A DNA stretch of 64,000 nt from Felis catus. Its lineage: Eukaryota. The translations under genes were made by a program, and so were the position numbers. Below the pieces are notes generated by a model, which had not been told where the DNA came from, did no database searches, and was given only the letters and a program-made list of their open reading frames with translations. The stretch covers positions 2,666,001-2,730,000 of the forward strand of contig NC_058383.1 in assembly GCF_018350175.1 (NCBI RefSeq), given 5' to 3'. Shown here in pieces: positions 41,820 to 54,899 of this stretch (the stretch's first letter is position 1; the number at the start of each line of letters is the position of its first letter).

Positions 41820-42400
41820 CGAAATCACGACTAATTAATACCTTCTCACTTCCCACTGAAAGAAAAACAATTTACAATTAAGTCAGGCAGCCTACGCAAA
41901 ATCACTCTAACACCTTCTATGTATGTTTTGAAACGTGCTCTCACATTTCATGATCCGTTTATTTTACAAGATGAGTAAACGGCACACAATTATGGTGATA
42001 ATATGGCTGAGGTGTGCGGTTTTTATCTCTTTGCAGTAAATTGTGGTTGTTCAAGCCTTCACAGTAACATTTGTATCCCTTTTTCAATTTCTTCCTATCG
42101 CTTGACAATAAATATGAGTTTTTTGTTTCAAAAAAAGGTTGGCTTACTGTAATCGTAACACCTATTCAGATAGCACTGTAATTTAAAAAAAATTCTTGGT
42201 AGGCACAACTCAACGAAATTAATTACACTAACCAAGATATTCTAGGGTATGTGCCTCTGAAAATATAATATTAAATATATTAGCTTTGTTGTGTGTCATT
42301 TTTCTCTGCCTAGGCAAAAAGTACTGTCTGGATAATTGAGCAGGCAATTTTGCTTTTGAACGATACTATCAAAGGACACAAGGATTTAATTTCAGATTTT
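41820..42400. promoter_or_regulatory. Candidate enhancer (T-box, SOX and homeodomain motif cluster)
   Basis: TAACACCT at 41908 and 42156, AGGTGTGC at 42010, CTAATTAA, ACAAT motifs in repeat-free AT-rich DNA; inference only. Confidence 0.3.
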
Positions 42401-43879
42401 TTTTTTTATTAGAAGACTACATTCCACATATAATTCTCAGCGCTGGATCAGGGCTGACGCGCTTCAGAGATTCATGAGCAGCTGGAATGAACATCAAAAA
42501 TCAAAGCCAGGGCTGTGGGGAGAGCTGGACCACAGAGGGTTTCTTGGCATCTTAGACCTGGTCTCTTTATTGCTCATTCCCTCTGAAATGTCCTCAGTCT
42601 ACCTTTGCCAGAGGCGTTCTCAGATGTGAGTAAAGGGAGCCTGGTAGGCTGTTTGTAGGGTCCAAAAGGATTAAGATTTGAAGGTGACAGCCCCTGTTAG
42701 GATAATCTCCCTCAAAACTCTCTAAACAGTTGAGGGTAATATCCTTATACCTTTTGCCTGTTGGCTCTCTCCTGGGGGAAGTCTCAAATGTGCTTGAAAA
42801 AAGAGTCTCAAGAAAATAGGCAATCTTACCTTTGCGGAGTATGGCAGGAAACCATGGTAATGTCACAGCAAGCCTTCCACCACAGTGACATGGGTGGCCT
42901 CCCATTAATTAGGTTAGGGAAATGCAGAACTAAATTGCCATTTGGGGAGAGTAAAATGAAATCCTCTTTTTTTTTTCATGCCTCCTGAATTTTGAACGCA
43001 CCCAATACGGCCACAGCCAAAAGCACCCTTAAAGACCCTCTGACATTTTAAGAAATCTAGGGGTTGACTTTACCCTAAAGCCCTCCTCCCGTGTCCCCAC
43101 ACTATCACACCAACTCTACGGAGAGAGATGCAAACCTAAATGGTCATTTATATGACAGTAATGACAAGTAAGCTCTGCCAATAGCACTCTGCCTTTTGCA
43201 AAGTGGCTTTGCAGGTAGCAGCCCATTTGTTTGTGAACTCAAGATCCCTTGGACCTGACGGTGGTGGGGGCAGATGGGCAGAAGGCATGTGGGCTTTGAT
43301 TTATTTCTCCAAATCATAATAGGAATCAGAGCAAAGGGAGATGCGATCATTATGCTTTGTAGAACTCCCTCTGCCCCTCTCTCTTCTTGTCCATGAGCTC
43401 CAAATCTGTATTGAGCTCCATGGACCCTCATCACATTTTATTTGGGTGCTATTCTTCATATGCTTTCTATAGCAGTTCATAAGGCGTCCTTAGAATGGCA
43501 GGAGGTGACCACTCCCTGCTTCTCTGGGGATCACTCGTTCTGAAATGTGACTCTTTCATTCTTCTCCAATCACCAGGACTGATGGGGGAGTAGGTTGAGG
43601 CTGCAAAGCCAGCACAGCTGTTTTGTGACTCATGGGAATATCATATTTAGCATGTTTTCCCCAGTGAAATGTATTTATTTAGATGACACATAATACTGTT
43701 TAAAAGCCAACCCTCCTTCGCTCTCGCACTCAGCCTTATGGAAGAAAACAGAGGAGTGAAAAAGGCAGAATGAGCTCATTTGGGAGAGCCAGCTGGTCGG
43801 AGAGTTCTCTCGGGCCATTCATGCAATGAGCTCACACTGGAAATCTAAACAACAGGGAAATTGACACTGGGTACTGAAC

Positions 43880-44790
43880 TACAGGGCACAAGAAATAGGA
43901 AGTAGCTTGTAGACAGCTCTTCCTTAAGGATTTGTGGCTCACAAATCTTTCCACTGGGGCCAGGAGATCACTGATTACACACAAGCATTCTGGAGAGAAT
44001 AACATGGCCATCTACCACTTGAGTTGATAGGGCATCTCGGGAAGTGATAGCAACATTATGGCTTTTATCCTCTCTGTAGGTCAGCCTCTGGAAGGTAACA
44101 AGACCATTAGCACTTGAACAAGCCAGATGGCCCACTCAGCAGATAGCAGGCTCCCTCCTTGACCCAGTCCCCCAGTTCAGCTGTTCCCAGACTTGGCATC
44201 ACTGTGCCTTGCCGAGCTAGAGCTCAGAACATCTCCCAAACACAGGGAGTTAGGAGGGGAAGTGTGTAAATGAAGACAATGTGTCAGTGATGGACAGCCT
44301 TCCCTCCCCCGCTTTCTCGTTGTTCTCAGTGATGTCTGGAGCACGGTGACTTTGCTGAAGCAGCATTCTGGGGGCAATCTCCAAGGGCTCCCATTTTATG
44401 AAGTTTATCACCTTGAACTTGCTCACATTTGATCTCATTTCCCTCCTTCCTGCCCACCTGTACAGAGTCTTAAGATCTTCCTGGCTCCCTGTCATCAATT
44501 TCCCATCCCTGTCCTTTTATCTGCTAACCCTGGGCTTTCTGTGTACCTGCCCCCCACTTCCTTCAGCTCTTGTGAAAGAATATTAAATAAAACTGGGGCT
44601 GGCACTGATCTTTCGGGAGTCTTGCTCTTTGCACCTCCCTTTGGAGAACTGCCTCTGTCCCCTTATCATTAATGTTTGTTCCTTGCTCCCTATCATTCCC
44701 CAACTGTGTCAAACAACCGTCATCTCCGTTGGTCAGTGGCTCAATTATTTCAAAAGGCCTTTAGTGAATAACACTCCTTGAAATCTTGTG
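43880..44790 (-). mobile_element. CR1/L3-type LINE, reverse-transcriptase remnant
   Basis: Minus-strand peptide QEDLKTLYRWAGRREMRSNVSKFKVI resembles CR1 RT (QxDLxxLxxWAxxWxMxFNVSKCKV); upstream SVPAPVLFNI resembles the GSVLGPVLFNI motif. Confidence 0.7.
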
Positions 44791-45223
44791 AGTAGGTGTT
44801 TTTCAAACCTTCTGTGGCTGTGAACCTCTTAGTTACTCCACTCTTGTGCCATTGCCAGATACCTAGAAGGGTGTGAATGGGTAGATCAAGAGTAGAGAAG
44901 GTACCCAATCAGTGAATATCTGGTTATCAATAACAACAAGGAGCCCAGGGAACAGTGCAACACAGAAAACAGCCCTTGCCTGCCTGGATTGCTTTCAGTC
45001 CTTATAGAATCAGCTTCAGATATAGGCTAAAGGGGAGCCCACTTTTCATAGGCCACCCTCCAGCCTCCCCTTTCAACTCAGTCTCCACTGCAGGGTCCTG
45101 TATCCAGCCTCTGGCTCCCTGCACAGTCAAATCCAGGGAAACTGCTGCTCTTTGTTCTATCTTGGAGGGCAGAGGAGAGCATCACAATTTTCTGTGGGTA
45201 GAGTGATAAAGATGGTGATGATG

Positions 45224-45472
45224 GGGGCACTTGGTGGCTCAGTTGGTTAGGCATCCAACTTCAGCTCGGGTCATGATTTCACGGCTCTTGGGTTTGAGCC
45301 CTGCATTGGGCTCTGCTGACAGCTCAGAGCCTGGAGCCTGCTTCAGATTCTGTGTCTCCCTTTCTCTCTGCCCCTCCCCTGCTCATGCTCATGCTCATGC
45401 TCTCTCTCTCTCTCTCTCTCTCTCTCAAAAATAAATAAACATTAAAAATAAATAAATAAACTACATTAAAAA
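45224..45472 (+). mobile_element. Felid CAN-SINE
   Basis: Full body; TSD aaagatggtgatgat / aaaatgatgatgat. Confidence 0.93.
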
Positions 45473-45473
45473 A

Positions 45474-46306
45474 TGATGATGATGGTGGTGAAGATGATGG
45501 TGATATGGATGACACTGGTGATGGTGATGAAGACGATGGTGGTGATGGTGATGATGGTGATAATAAGATGATAGTGGTGGTGGTGGGGATTATGGTGGTG
45601 GGGATAGTGGTTGTGATGGTGGTGGTGGTGATAATGATGGTGGTGGCTGTGATGGTGGTGGTGATGATGATAAAGATAATGGTAGTGGTGATGATGGGGA
45701 TGGTGGTGGTTGTGATGGTGATGAAGGTGATGATGGTGGTGATGATAAGGATTGTGGTGCTGGTGATGATGACTGTGGTGATGATCGTGATGATGATGGT
45801 GGTGGTGATAATGACATTGAAGATAATGGTGATGGTTGTGATGGTGGTGGTGATGATGAAGATAATGAAGATGATGGTGATGATGGTGATGGTGATGATG
45901 ATGGAGGTGGGGGTGATGATGGTGGTGGTGGTGATGATAGTGATGATGATGGTGGTGAGGATGATGAAGATAACGTTGATGGTGGTGATGGTGGCGGCCG
46001 TGGTGACGAGGATGGTGGTTCTGATGGTGATGATGGTGATGATAGTGATGATGATGATGGTGATGATGATGGTGAAGATAACGTTGATGGTGGTGATGGT
46101 GGCGGCCGTGGTGGTTCTGATGGTGATGATGGTGGTGATGATGATGAAGATATTGGTGATGATGGTGATGGTGACGATGAAGGTGATGGTGATGATGGTG
46201 ATAATGAAGATGATGGTGGGGGTGATGGTAATGAAGGTGATGATGGTGATGGTGGTGATGATGATGACGAAGATAGTGGTGATGGTGGTAGTGGTGGTGA
46301 TGATGA
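45474..46306. repeat. About 830-bp degenerate (GAT/GGT)n trinucleotide array
   Basis: Direct inspection; produces the spurious poly-V/M, poly-I/T and poly-S/P ORFs. Confidence 0.97.
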
Positions 46307-46314
46307 CAGCAACA

Positions 46315-46547
46315 GTTTGTACTATCAAGGCAACATCATAGCAGTTTGCATGTATTAACTCATTCAATTCTTAGGACATCCTTATGAGCCAAGTATCATT
46401 ATCATAATCAATCTCGCATTTGACACATGAGGAAACTGAGGCCCAGAGCCATTAAATAACTTGCTTAAGTGACACAGCCAGTAAAGGCAGAGCTAGGATT
46501 TAGACCCAGACAGTCTGCCTCCAAAGCTTATGTTCTCAGCCACTGCA
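46315..46547 (-). mobile_element. MIR
   Basis: catgaggaaactgaggcccagag...ggcagagctaggatttagacccagacagtctgcctccaaagc. Confidence 0.85.
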
Positions 46548-47879
46548 CTGAAGGTGCAGATGATTCAGAGTTTTTGACACAGTACATTTCCAGAAGTGAC
46601 TGAACTTGCATTAATATTATGTAGAACTATCATCAGTTGTGTTCAGCAACCCCGTAAGCAATGAGGATGGGATGGGAGGCAAGGGGACAGAGGACCGCAC
46701 CATGACACACATTTTCTCAAAGGGAATCTTCTGTAGAAAATAAATATAAGCAGAGCTGTTTGGGAAGAACAGGTAAGGGAGCCTGGAGTCTTACTCCCGA
46801 CCTCCTCAAAGACCCTGCAAAGTGGCTGTAGGGTGCTGTAGAACTCAGCTGGGGAGACCTCCAGTCCAGCTGTGGTGCATAATACAAGCTACCATTTATT
46901 ACTGCCTGCCAGGTGCTTTCCTTATCATTTTTAATCTTCAACGCTGCCTTTCAGGTGAGGTGTGATTATTCTCATTTTACAGGCTCAGGCAAGTCGTGCA
47001 ACCAGTGCGAGCTTTCCCAGTCTGAGCTGGCGGAGCTGGGGTTAGAGCCAGGACAGCATGGCTAGGAAAACCTACTCTCTCCCGGACGTATGGGCTGCTT
47101 GCCGTGCATTACCCGTGGGAATGGGAACCATCGGTCTCCCTTTGTACACATGCTGACTCACCCTCTCGGGCCTCGGAGGACTCCAGGACGGCTGTCAGGT
47201 GTGGCTGCTCTTACTCCCACACCCCACTCGTTCCTTGCCCCATGGGTTATTTTTAAGTCCACGGCCTTCTCTTCTTTATTCCAGTTGCCACCAGCTTGGT
47301 CCAGATGGAGGCTGAGAGCTGGGTCATCTGTGCTGTAATTCCCCAGGCCCTGCCGGGGCGCTCTTCCGGCCGGGGTCACATCTGTGAGCCGACATCCTCT
47401 CCAGCACAGCAGCCATTTGCACTGACAGGTCCCACACTCCTGCCAGCCAACCATCCCAATTTCATCCTTGAGTTCCCGCTGTGCTCTCAGGTGGATGCCA
47501 TCTGCTTGCAGTGATTTATCTGCACTTACTTCTTTCCAATCTGGCTTAGAACATCCTTGTATTGACCATGGTTTGATCTAGTACCTGTCTGCTGTAGAAG
47601 CCGTTCTAACAGCCTCTGTAGACTGAGGCTAGAAGTCCATTCAATCCGTTAACTGTTTTCTTTTCATCCTTTCCCCTGTAGAGAACATCTATTAGTCATA
47701 CTATCCTTTTCAAAAGTGGAGTGAGCAACTGGGTTGGTGGTGTGTGCTCTCCTAGCAGGACGCTGACCTCGTCTGTGATCAGGGAGTTGTGTTGCTTAGT
47801 GACTGAAGTATTAGCTTCAGAGTCAGACTGACCTGTGCTGATGCCCTGGTCCCACCACTGCCCATCTGGGGAGCTTGTT

Positions 47880-48368
47880 GGGTCAGCACTGCTTTCTCTC
47901 CCTTTAGGGAACTGCTCCCCTCACGCTCCATCATGGTGGTTGTGCTGGGGTCACCAATCACAATACACAAACCCCTTGGACCCAGTGATGGGTCCAGCAA
48001 TCCTTTCCTGAATCAACCAGAATCCTTTCCTGAAATTTTTCGACGAGAGCCTGTGGAGGAGACATTTCTACTCATACAGACAATCCAGAGCAACTAAGCG
48101 TCTTCCCGACCTCTCCAATGGAAAAGATCTGTTTGAAGCAGGTGAGAGTGATGGCAATAAACACAGAGAATGAGAGTCGGGAAACAGGGAGGAATCGGGA
48201 AGCAGGGCATGAGCAGGAGGTTGCCACCCCTAGCGCTCAGTTTCTGTGGTCTCCGGAGCCAGCGGCATCACCTGCCTTTCCAGTTACAAGTCAATGAGTC
48301 CTTCTTTTTCCCTTGAGCTAATGTGTGTTGGGGTCCTGTTAATTGCAACCAATGTGTCCAGATTAATT
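47880..48368 (+). mobile_element. Old MaLR LTR (MLT1K/L-like)
   Basis: ccagttacaagtcaatgagtccttc...ttgagctaatgtgtgttggggtcctgttaattgcaacc end motif. Confidence 0.55.
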
Positions 48369-48554
48369 TAGCTCCCCAAATGAGTTTCCTACTGAGCCTC
48401 TAGATGTCTTTCCTCATTAATATCATTAAAAGGTCTACTCTCATGGGATTGGTTTGAGAGTCTCTTGTAAACTACACAACAAAATCTAGGGACCACATTG
48501 TGTCTGGCTGTATTCAGAGAATTCTCTACTGCTGTTTGAACAAGCTCCTCTCCT

Positions 48555-48585
<31 letters not shown>

Positions 48586-49257
48586 GTCTCTCAATGATCC
48601 AAACTACTTTCAGAGCACTTCTGTATCTTGGGTCTTCTGAAGTGCTGTCAGCCACGTTTTGAGACAGGGAGTCAACAGACCTCCTATGTCCCTGTCACTG
48701 TTCTTGGCACTGGGGATACACTGGTGAATAAGACAAAGCTCCCACCCTCATGACTTACTTTCCAGCGTGAGAAATGAACAAACCATGAGTATATATTGTG
48801 TGTTTATAGAGGTGGTGGTAAATCCTCTGAAGACCAAGCAGATCAAGTCAAAGAGTGGCTGTGCGGTTGGGTGCCATTTCAGACAAGGTGTTCCTAGGTG
48901 GTCATGGAAGGCCCTTCTGCAGAGCTGACATTAAACCAGTGGCCTTAATTCACTCAGGAAGTATCCCAAAGGAAAGAGCTTTCCAGGACAAGTCCAAAGA
49001 CCCTGAAGCAGGAATAAGATTGGCACAATCTGAGAAAGCAAGGCCATGCGGATGGCATGAAAGTGATGGGCAACCTTTGTGTTAATTAGAAGAAGGTATG
49101 TCTTCCAGGTAGACTAATCACCACCAGCCATCATTGCATAGGACACAACCTGGACAGCTGTACCTGGTAGTCATGAAGAAAGTCTTAGGACATAAGGTCA
49201 GAGAGAGACTGGAACCGGTCATGGAGGAAGGACATTGATGGGAGTTTACTCTAAGTC

Positions 49258-49951
49258 ACCACTGTCCAGGGGAAATATTGCATGGGTCACATATGTAATT
49301 TAAAAGTTTCCAATGGTCACATTTTAAAAAGTAAAAAAGAAACAGGTGGAATTATTTTAATAATATACACTACTTAACCAATAGATACAGAATATTAACA
49401 TGTTAACATGCAATCAATGTAAAAATTAATGAGATGTTTGTCATTTTTTTCATACATTTTTTTTCAAAAATCTGGTATATATTTTGTACTTACAGCAAAA
49501 GTAACTCAGGTGCTGAATTTTTTGTTGCTGTTACAGAGAAAGCCAGTAGGGGACAGGTAGAGGGAGAGGGTAGAGAGAGAGAGAATCCCAAGCAGGCTCT
49601 GTGCTGAGTATGGATCGATGCGGGGCTCCACCTCACAACTGTGGGATCACGACCAGGGTCGAAATCAAGATTTTGACACTTAACTGACTGAACAGGCGTT
49701 CCCAGGTGCTGAACTTTTATTGGGAATACCTGGTCAGTATTTAGGTTTCGTAAGTTTACACTGGAAAAGGTAGATTCACATAGCCACGTTGTCCAAAAGT
49801 ACTTAAAAGTTTTCTAATAATTGAATTCAGCATCAGTTTTTAAACTTAAATTAAATTACATTAAAATTAAAACGGGTTTCCTTAGTCACATAAGCCCCAT
49901 TTCAAGTGCTCAAGAAACACATGCTAGTGGGTCCCGTATTGCACAGGGCAG
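49258..49951. mobile_element. Charlie1b/MER33-family hAT element split by a SINE
   Basis: ctgtcca...cacatatgtaatttaaaag...aaaaagaaacaggtggaatt start; atttcaagtgctcaa...ctagtgggtcccgtattgcacagggcag end. Confidence 0.85.
49522..49702 (-). mobile_element. Diverged CAN-SINE
   Basis: TSD caggtgctgaa(t/c)ttt on both sides. Confidence 0.88.
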
Positions 49952-50033
49952 AGCTGAGTGTTCTGGGAGTGACTGTAGGGTTGAGAGCAGGAAGTGGCAT
50001 GACCTCAGAGGCCTTTTGAGAAGGAATCTCTTG

Positions 50034-50258
50034 GGGGTGCCTGGGTGGCTCAGTCGGTGAAACATCTGACTTTGACTCAGGTCATTATCTCATAGTTCAT
50101 GAGTTTGAGCCCTGCATCAGGCTCTCTGCTGTCAGCACAGAGCCTGCTTTGGATCCTCTGTCTCCCTCTCTCTCTCTGCCTCTCCCCTGCTTGTGCTCTC
50201 TCCCTGTCTCTCTCAAAATAAATAAATAAACTTAAAATTTTAAACAAAAAAAAAAAAA
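50034..50258 (+). mobile_element. CAN-SINE
   Basis: Full body; TSD agaaggaat. Confidence 0.94.
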
Positions 50259-50872
50259 AGAAGAAGGAATGTTCCAGAAGGTGTGTGGAGAACAGACTTG
50301 TAAAGGAGCTGGAACAGAACCTGGGAGACCATTCTAACAGTGGAGGCGGGAGATGACCATGACTTATTTAAGGGTGACAGGCTGGCAATCGCGGCCATAC
50401 CGGGATCTGTTTCCAGGGGCGGGCCCCCAGACTTTGCAGGAGACATCGAGAATGACTCCAGAGCACAGCGGACCTTCAGGGACACTAATGGAGCCTAAGC
50501 TCCAAGAGTCTCGTGTGGGCTTCTCGCCAAGGCTTGGATTTTGTTATGTGTTTGTCAGTTTTTTCAAAAGTGTTAATTTGTAGTGAGTGTTAATTCATTA
50601 TAAATATTCACCTTTGTTCTTGATTTCATTAATAATCTTTTTATTTTCTTAACGTGTACACTCCAGATGGAATAAGTGTCAAATTCCATAAAAGCCAGGA
50701 TCTGCCTCTGCCCAACGGTGTCACTCATCCATTTTGAAAATGAGAAAGCAGACCTGGGAGGTGAATATGACGTAATGAACTCTGTCTACATGTCTTTCTG
50801 TAACACAGCACTTTCATCCAGTTAAGTTATGTTAAGACAGTGCTCTGGTGTTTACAGACTCATTGATTCTTT

Positions 50873-51106
50873 CTTTAAAAAAAAAAAAAGATCTTTTTTA
50901 AGTTCATTTTTGTATTTTGAGAGAGAGAGAAAGCAAGTGGGGGAGGAGCAGAGAGAGGGGGGGGGGAGAGAAAGAGAGAATCCCACACATGCTCCACACT
51001 GTCAGCACAGAGCCTGACCTGGGGCTCGAACTCAAAAAACCATGAGATCATGAGCTTAGCTGAAATCAAATCAGACCCTTAACTGACTGAGCCACCCAGG
51101 TGCCCC
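50873..51106 (-). mobile_element. CAN-SINE
   Basis: TSD ctcattgattcttt at 50859-50872 and 51107-51120. Confidence 0.95.
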
Positions 51107-51279
51107 CTCATTGATTCTTTTTAAATGCTTCCCTCATGTTTTCCTAGACCCACTGTTGACCATGTTGTCTTTCTAAAGGGAGCAGGTGAGCAGGTAAGGT
51201 AACTCTTGGGTACATGCTTCCCCCAAGCCCCGGGAGACAAAGAATTTGCTCTGTGACTAGGAAGTGGCCTATGCTGACA

Positions 51280-51500
51280 GCTAAAATGTGGATCTGCAGT
51301 CAGACCCTGAATCCTGATTCTGCCACTAACTCACTGTGTGGCCCTGGGCAAATCACTGTCCCTCTCAGCCTCATCAGTTAAACATGGACCATAGCACCTA
51401 TCACAGGGTAGTTATGGGGATTAAATGGGCCACTCCATGTAAAACATCAGCCATTTGCCGTATAGACGGTAAGTGCTCAGTAATGAATTGCTATTATTAT
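51280..51500 (+). mobile_element. MIR
   Basis: ctgccactaactcactgtgtggccctgggcaaatcactgtccctctcagcctca...gtaagtgctcagtaa. Confidence 0.85.
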
Positions 51501-51639
51501 TATTATTATTTTGTCTATGTTTCTGGTGCCTTCCCTCCATGACTTCCTGGTCCAGTGACTGTTGGTTAGTCAAGGCCAGGGTCCTAAACCACCTGTGGCA
51601 GGAGAGTCAGTCAGTCCATCACCCGTTATAAGGACTTGA

Positions 51640-52345
51640 TTGTTGCACCACCTTAACCCAGCGGTCAAAGTTGACATCACCAGTAGTGGTGATGACCTGA
51701 CACTATGTCCCGATGCAAGGCACCAGGAAGGCCACATCCCCCTTGTTCTTGTCCGAGTGTTTAACCTGAGTGTAGGTAAGAGGAAACACCCAGCGAATGC
51801 AGAAAGCGAGGCATTCACAAGCACAGCTGGCCTGGACTCTTCCACAACATTCAATGTCACAAAAACCAAGCAGGCGAAAAGGGGTGGGGCACGCTCCAGA
51901 CTCAAAGCAAGAGCCACAGACACCTGGATTGCGTCCTGGTGCAGGTACGAGAAAATAGAACAACACAGCTGCAAAATCCATTTGGGGAGCAAAGTGGGAA
52001 AGTGTATCAGACAACTACAGTCATGTTAACGCTCGTGGGTATGTGGTCAGTATCAGAGTTATCATCATTATAACGTGGAACAGCAATACCTCCTTTAAGG
52101 ACCTCTCTGTACAGTACGGATCAAATGAGAGTCTCCTTGTTAAAAAAAAAAAAATAGGAGAATGTCCATATTCTGAGGCGAGGCATGATTAATCAGAGGT
52201 GAGGGGACAGGAAAGTTCAGAGAGAGAGAGAAGGAGGAGGGAAAGGAAAAGAGAGAAAGGGAAAGGGAAAGTCTAGTGGAAAGGTACATGTGTGTTTCTT
52301 GTTACTATTCTCTCAACTTTTCTGTAAGTTTGAAATTAAAAAAAA
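51640..52345 (+). mobile_element. L1MC4/5-like 3' end
   Basis: caccttaacccagcggtcaaagttgacatcaccagta ... actattctctcaactttttctgtaagtttgaaatt. Confidence 0.75.
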
Positions 52346-52891
52346 AAAAAGAGACACTGATGTTCAAAGCCACCTGACCTTTATTTTCTGTTCAATACCA
52401 CATTGGACCCACCTGTGCACAGCGATGAAAGGTTTCCATCAATACTAGACTAATTTGGCCACTTGCCGGTACTGGTTAATGTCTCTCCATCTTTGCCGTC
52501 CCCAGCCGGGTGCGATGGTGTGGGCAGGTGTTTTGTGACGCAGGATGGAATTTCCGCTGGCCAGGATTCCCTGGCACGTCCTTCACCAGGTGAGTGCAGG
52601 TGCCTGGCTGCTACTTGTGTCTTCCCTGCTTCCAGGTACCTTTGCTCCTACCATCCTCCCTTCCCCTCCCCTTCTGGCATAGTTTTTGGCCTAAAAGCCC
52701 ATGTCATCAATTGTCTCCCTGCCGCCAGTTCCCCAGGTGCCAGCTGTGTTAAGATCTTTCGCTGCCAAGGATCCATATGAGCGATCTTAGTATTTAGGCT
52801 CCTGGCATTGGGATATATAATCTGGCTTTGTGTATTGGTCTATCTCTGCCTACCTCATGTCTCATTTGACGGGTCATGTTCTGTCTATTCC

Positions 52892-52893
52892 TT

Positions 52894-52943
<50 letters not shown>
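52892..52943. repeat. (TTTA)n microsatellite
   Basis: Direct inspection. Confidence 0.9.
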
Positions 52944-52945
<2 letters not shown>

Positions 52946-53562
52946 AAAAGAAGGCTACAAGGCTTTCCTCTTGGCCTCTATAACAGAAGCCTCATCAATC
53001 TTAACCATGCGCTGGCTTCCTCCCATTTTATTTTAAGTTTGGAAAATCCAGTGACATAAATGGTGGACCTTTTTACACTCCTATAATGGAACCAGTATTT
53101 GTTGAGGGGTGATAGCAGAAGAATCATTCGTATTAGAATTCGTTGTGTGTATTCTGCTGCTAAGCTGTAAGTTCCTTGAGGACAGGGACTGGGTCTTAAT
53201 CTCTGGCCCTCCAATTATGTCTGGTACACAGTAGGAACTCAACATCCTGTGGCTGTAACTGTTCAGAAGCCACAGGCCATTTCCCCTCTGACATCAGAAG
53301 GTTAACAACTTGTAAAGGTCTCCCTGGCCTTTTAAGTCTTCAGTGTCCCTGTTATGCAAAAGAAGGGCTTGCAGGGGATTCTTGGGGCTTAAAGGCCAAT
53401 TCTTGGGGCTTAAGGATTCAATACTTACTGACCTACTGGAGGTCAAGGCCTCTAGCTTTCATTCCACAGACCTTACTTTGAGCCAGCATTGCAGCAACAG
53501 TGCTGAACAGCAAAGATAAAAGATAAAGGGCCACTGGTGACTCTTAAGGAACTCCCAGTATT

Positions 53563-53773
53563 GGGGTGTCTGGGTGGCTCAGTCGGTTGAGCGTCCGACT
53601 TCAGCTCGGGTCATGATCTCACAGTCCGGGAGTTCGAGCCCCGTGTCAGGCTCTGTGCCGAAAGCTCAGAGCCTGGAGCCTGCTTTGGATTCTGTGTCTC
53701 GCTCTCTCTCTGCCTCTGCTCAAGCTCTGTCTCTCTCTGTCTCAAAAGTAAATAGAAACATTAAAAAAAAAAA
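53563..53773 (+). mobile_element. Felid CAN-SINE
   Basis: TSD ggaactcccagtat on both sides. Confidence 0.96.
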
Positions 53774-54249
53774 AGGGAACTCCCAGTATCTTAGGGGAGG
53801 ATGGCCAAGTACACAAGTAATAATCAGATGGAGCAGAGAAAAATATCTACCACGGGAAGAAAGATGAAAACATTCCTCCAGAGTCCCCCTTCTGAAATGA
53901 TGTTGAAAGCTCTCAGGATAAGAACTTTGCAAAATAAGAACAACAATGCTGTAGAGCTGTTTTCGTCGCAGAGTATTTCAGGCGTGGATCCTCATCCACA
54001 CGAAGCACGCTCCTGTTTTCCTAGAGGAGGAGAGTAAGCTTCCCAGGGAGGGAAAGTGACCGGGCGCGGAACTCACCGTCAGGCCCGTGGCCAAGCCGCG
54101 ACCCTCATCCTCAGCTGTGCCTCTGAGGCACTGGTGTGAGGTGTTGGGTCTACAGAAGACTCATCGATTTCCCCCAAACGTCTGGCTCAATTTGCCTGGG
54201 TTCACTTTGTTTCTAAAGCTCCTTGGGTGATGCGAATGAGGACCACTGG

Positions 54250-54795
54250 GTATTAATCATACCTTTTCATTCTGCTTTCTGATGCTTTGATATCTTGGGG
54301 TCTTGCTGGCCCTGGAGGAACTGTCCTCCCAAGGTTAACCAACCCCTAGGGATAGTAAGCAACTCACCTTGAGGATACCTTTCATATGCACACCCGTCAG
54401 CCCAGAGCCCCTTCCCCAGTCCTCTCCTCCACGGAGCTCTCTGGAACTCTGGGCCACTATCCCCTGCCCCTGCCCGATCACCCAGGACCAGGCACCCAGA
54501 CAGACATCACGCCCCAGGGCACATTGAAATTGTTCAGATTAGTGGATCCTACACCTGATTCCCCAGCCCCGCCCATTCCTTCTTGGGGAAAACGAAGGTG
54601 AAAGCCTCTGCCCCCATTTCTCCTTCCTCCCGCTGCCTCCTGACCACCCCTGGTTCTTCCTCGAGTGACCGGTGCAGTCGGGGTACCCCCTCCTCCTGGA
54701 ACTGTGAGTAACAAACTATCTTTTCAATGGCAATCCTCTCCTGATCTGTTGGCCTTGCCATGCCTAAATTATAATAAAAACCTACGTTTAAAAAT
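54250..54795 (+). mobile_element. Old eutherian solo LTR (MER74A-like, ERVL class)
   Basis: tgctttctgatgctttga...actctgggccactatc...ggaactgtgagtaacaaactatcttttcaatggca...ataataaaaacctac match recalled consensus; family name less certain than LTR nature. Confidence 0.7.
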
Positions 54796-54899
54796 GGTGA
54801 TATTAGGGATGGAACCAAGGAGGGCTTTGCAGATCCTCAGGAACTGGGGATCACCCCACTGAGAGGTCTTTTCTTCTTCTCCCCTTCCAACCATGGGTT

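Noticed and set aside
45324..46367. Longest ORFs (347, 278 and 240 aa; mucin- or extensin-like)
   Set aside because: Translations of a GAT/GGT triplet array plus SINE sequence; no splice, promoter or domain evidence
52450..53150. Possible ancient RTE/L4-like LINE remnant
   Set aside because: Resemblance too weak to call without an HMM search
53378..53413. Short direct repeats (attcttggggcttaa x2; also aatcctttcctgaa x2 at 47999-48034) as CRISPR-like or insertion scars
   Set aside because: Only two copies with 6-8-nt spacers in eukaryotic DNA; ordinary slippage duplications
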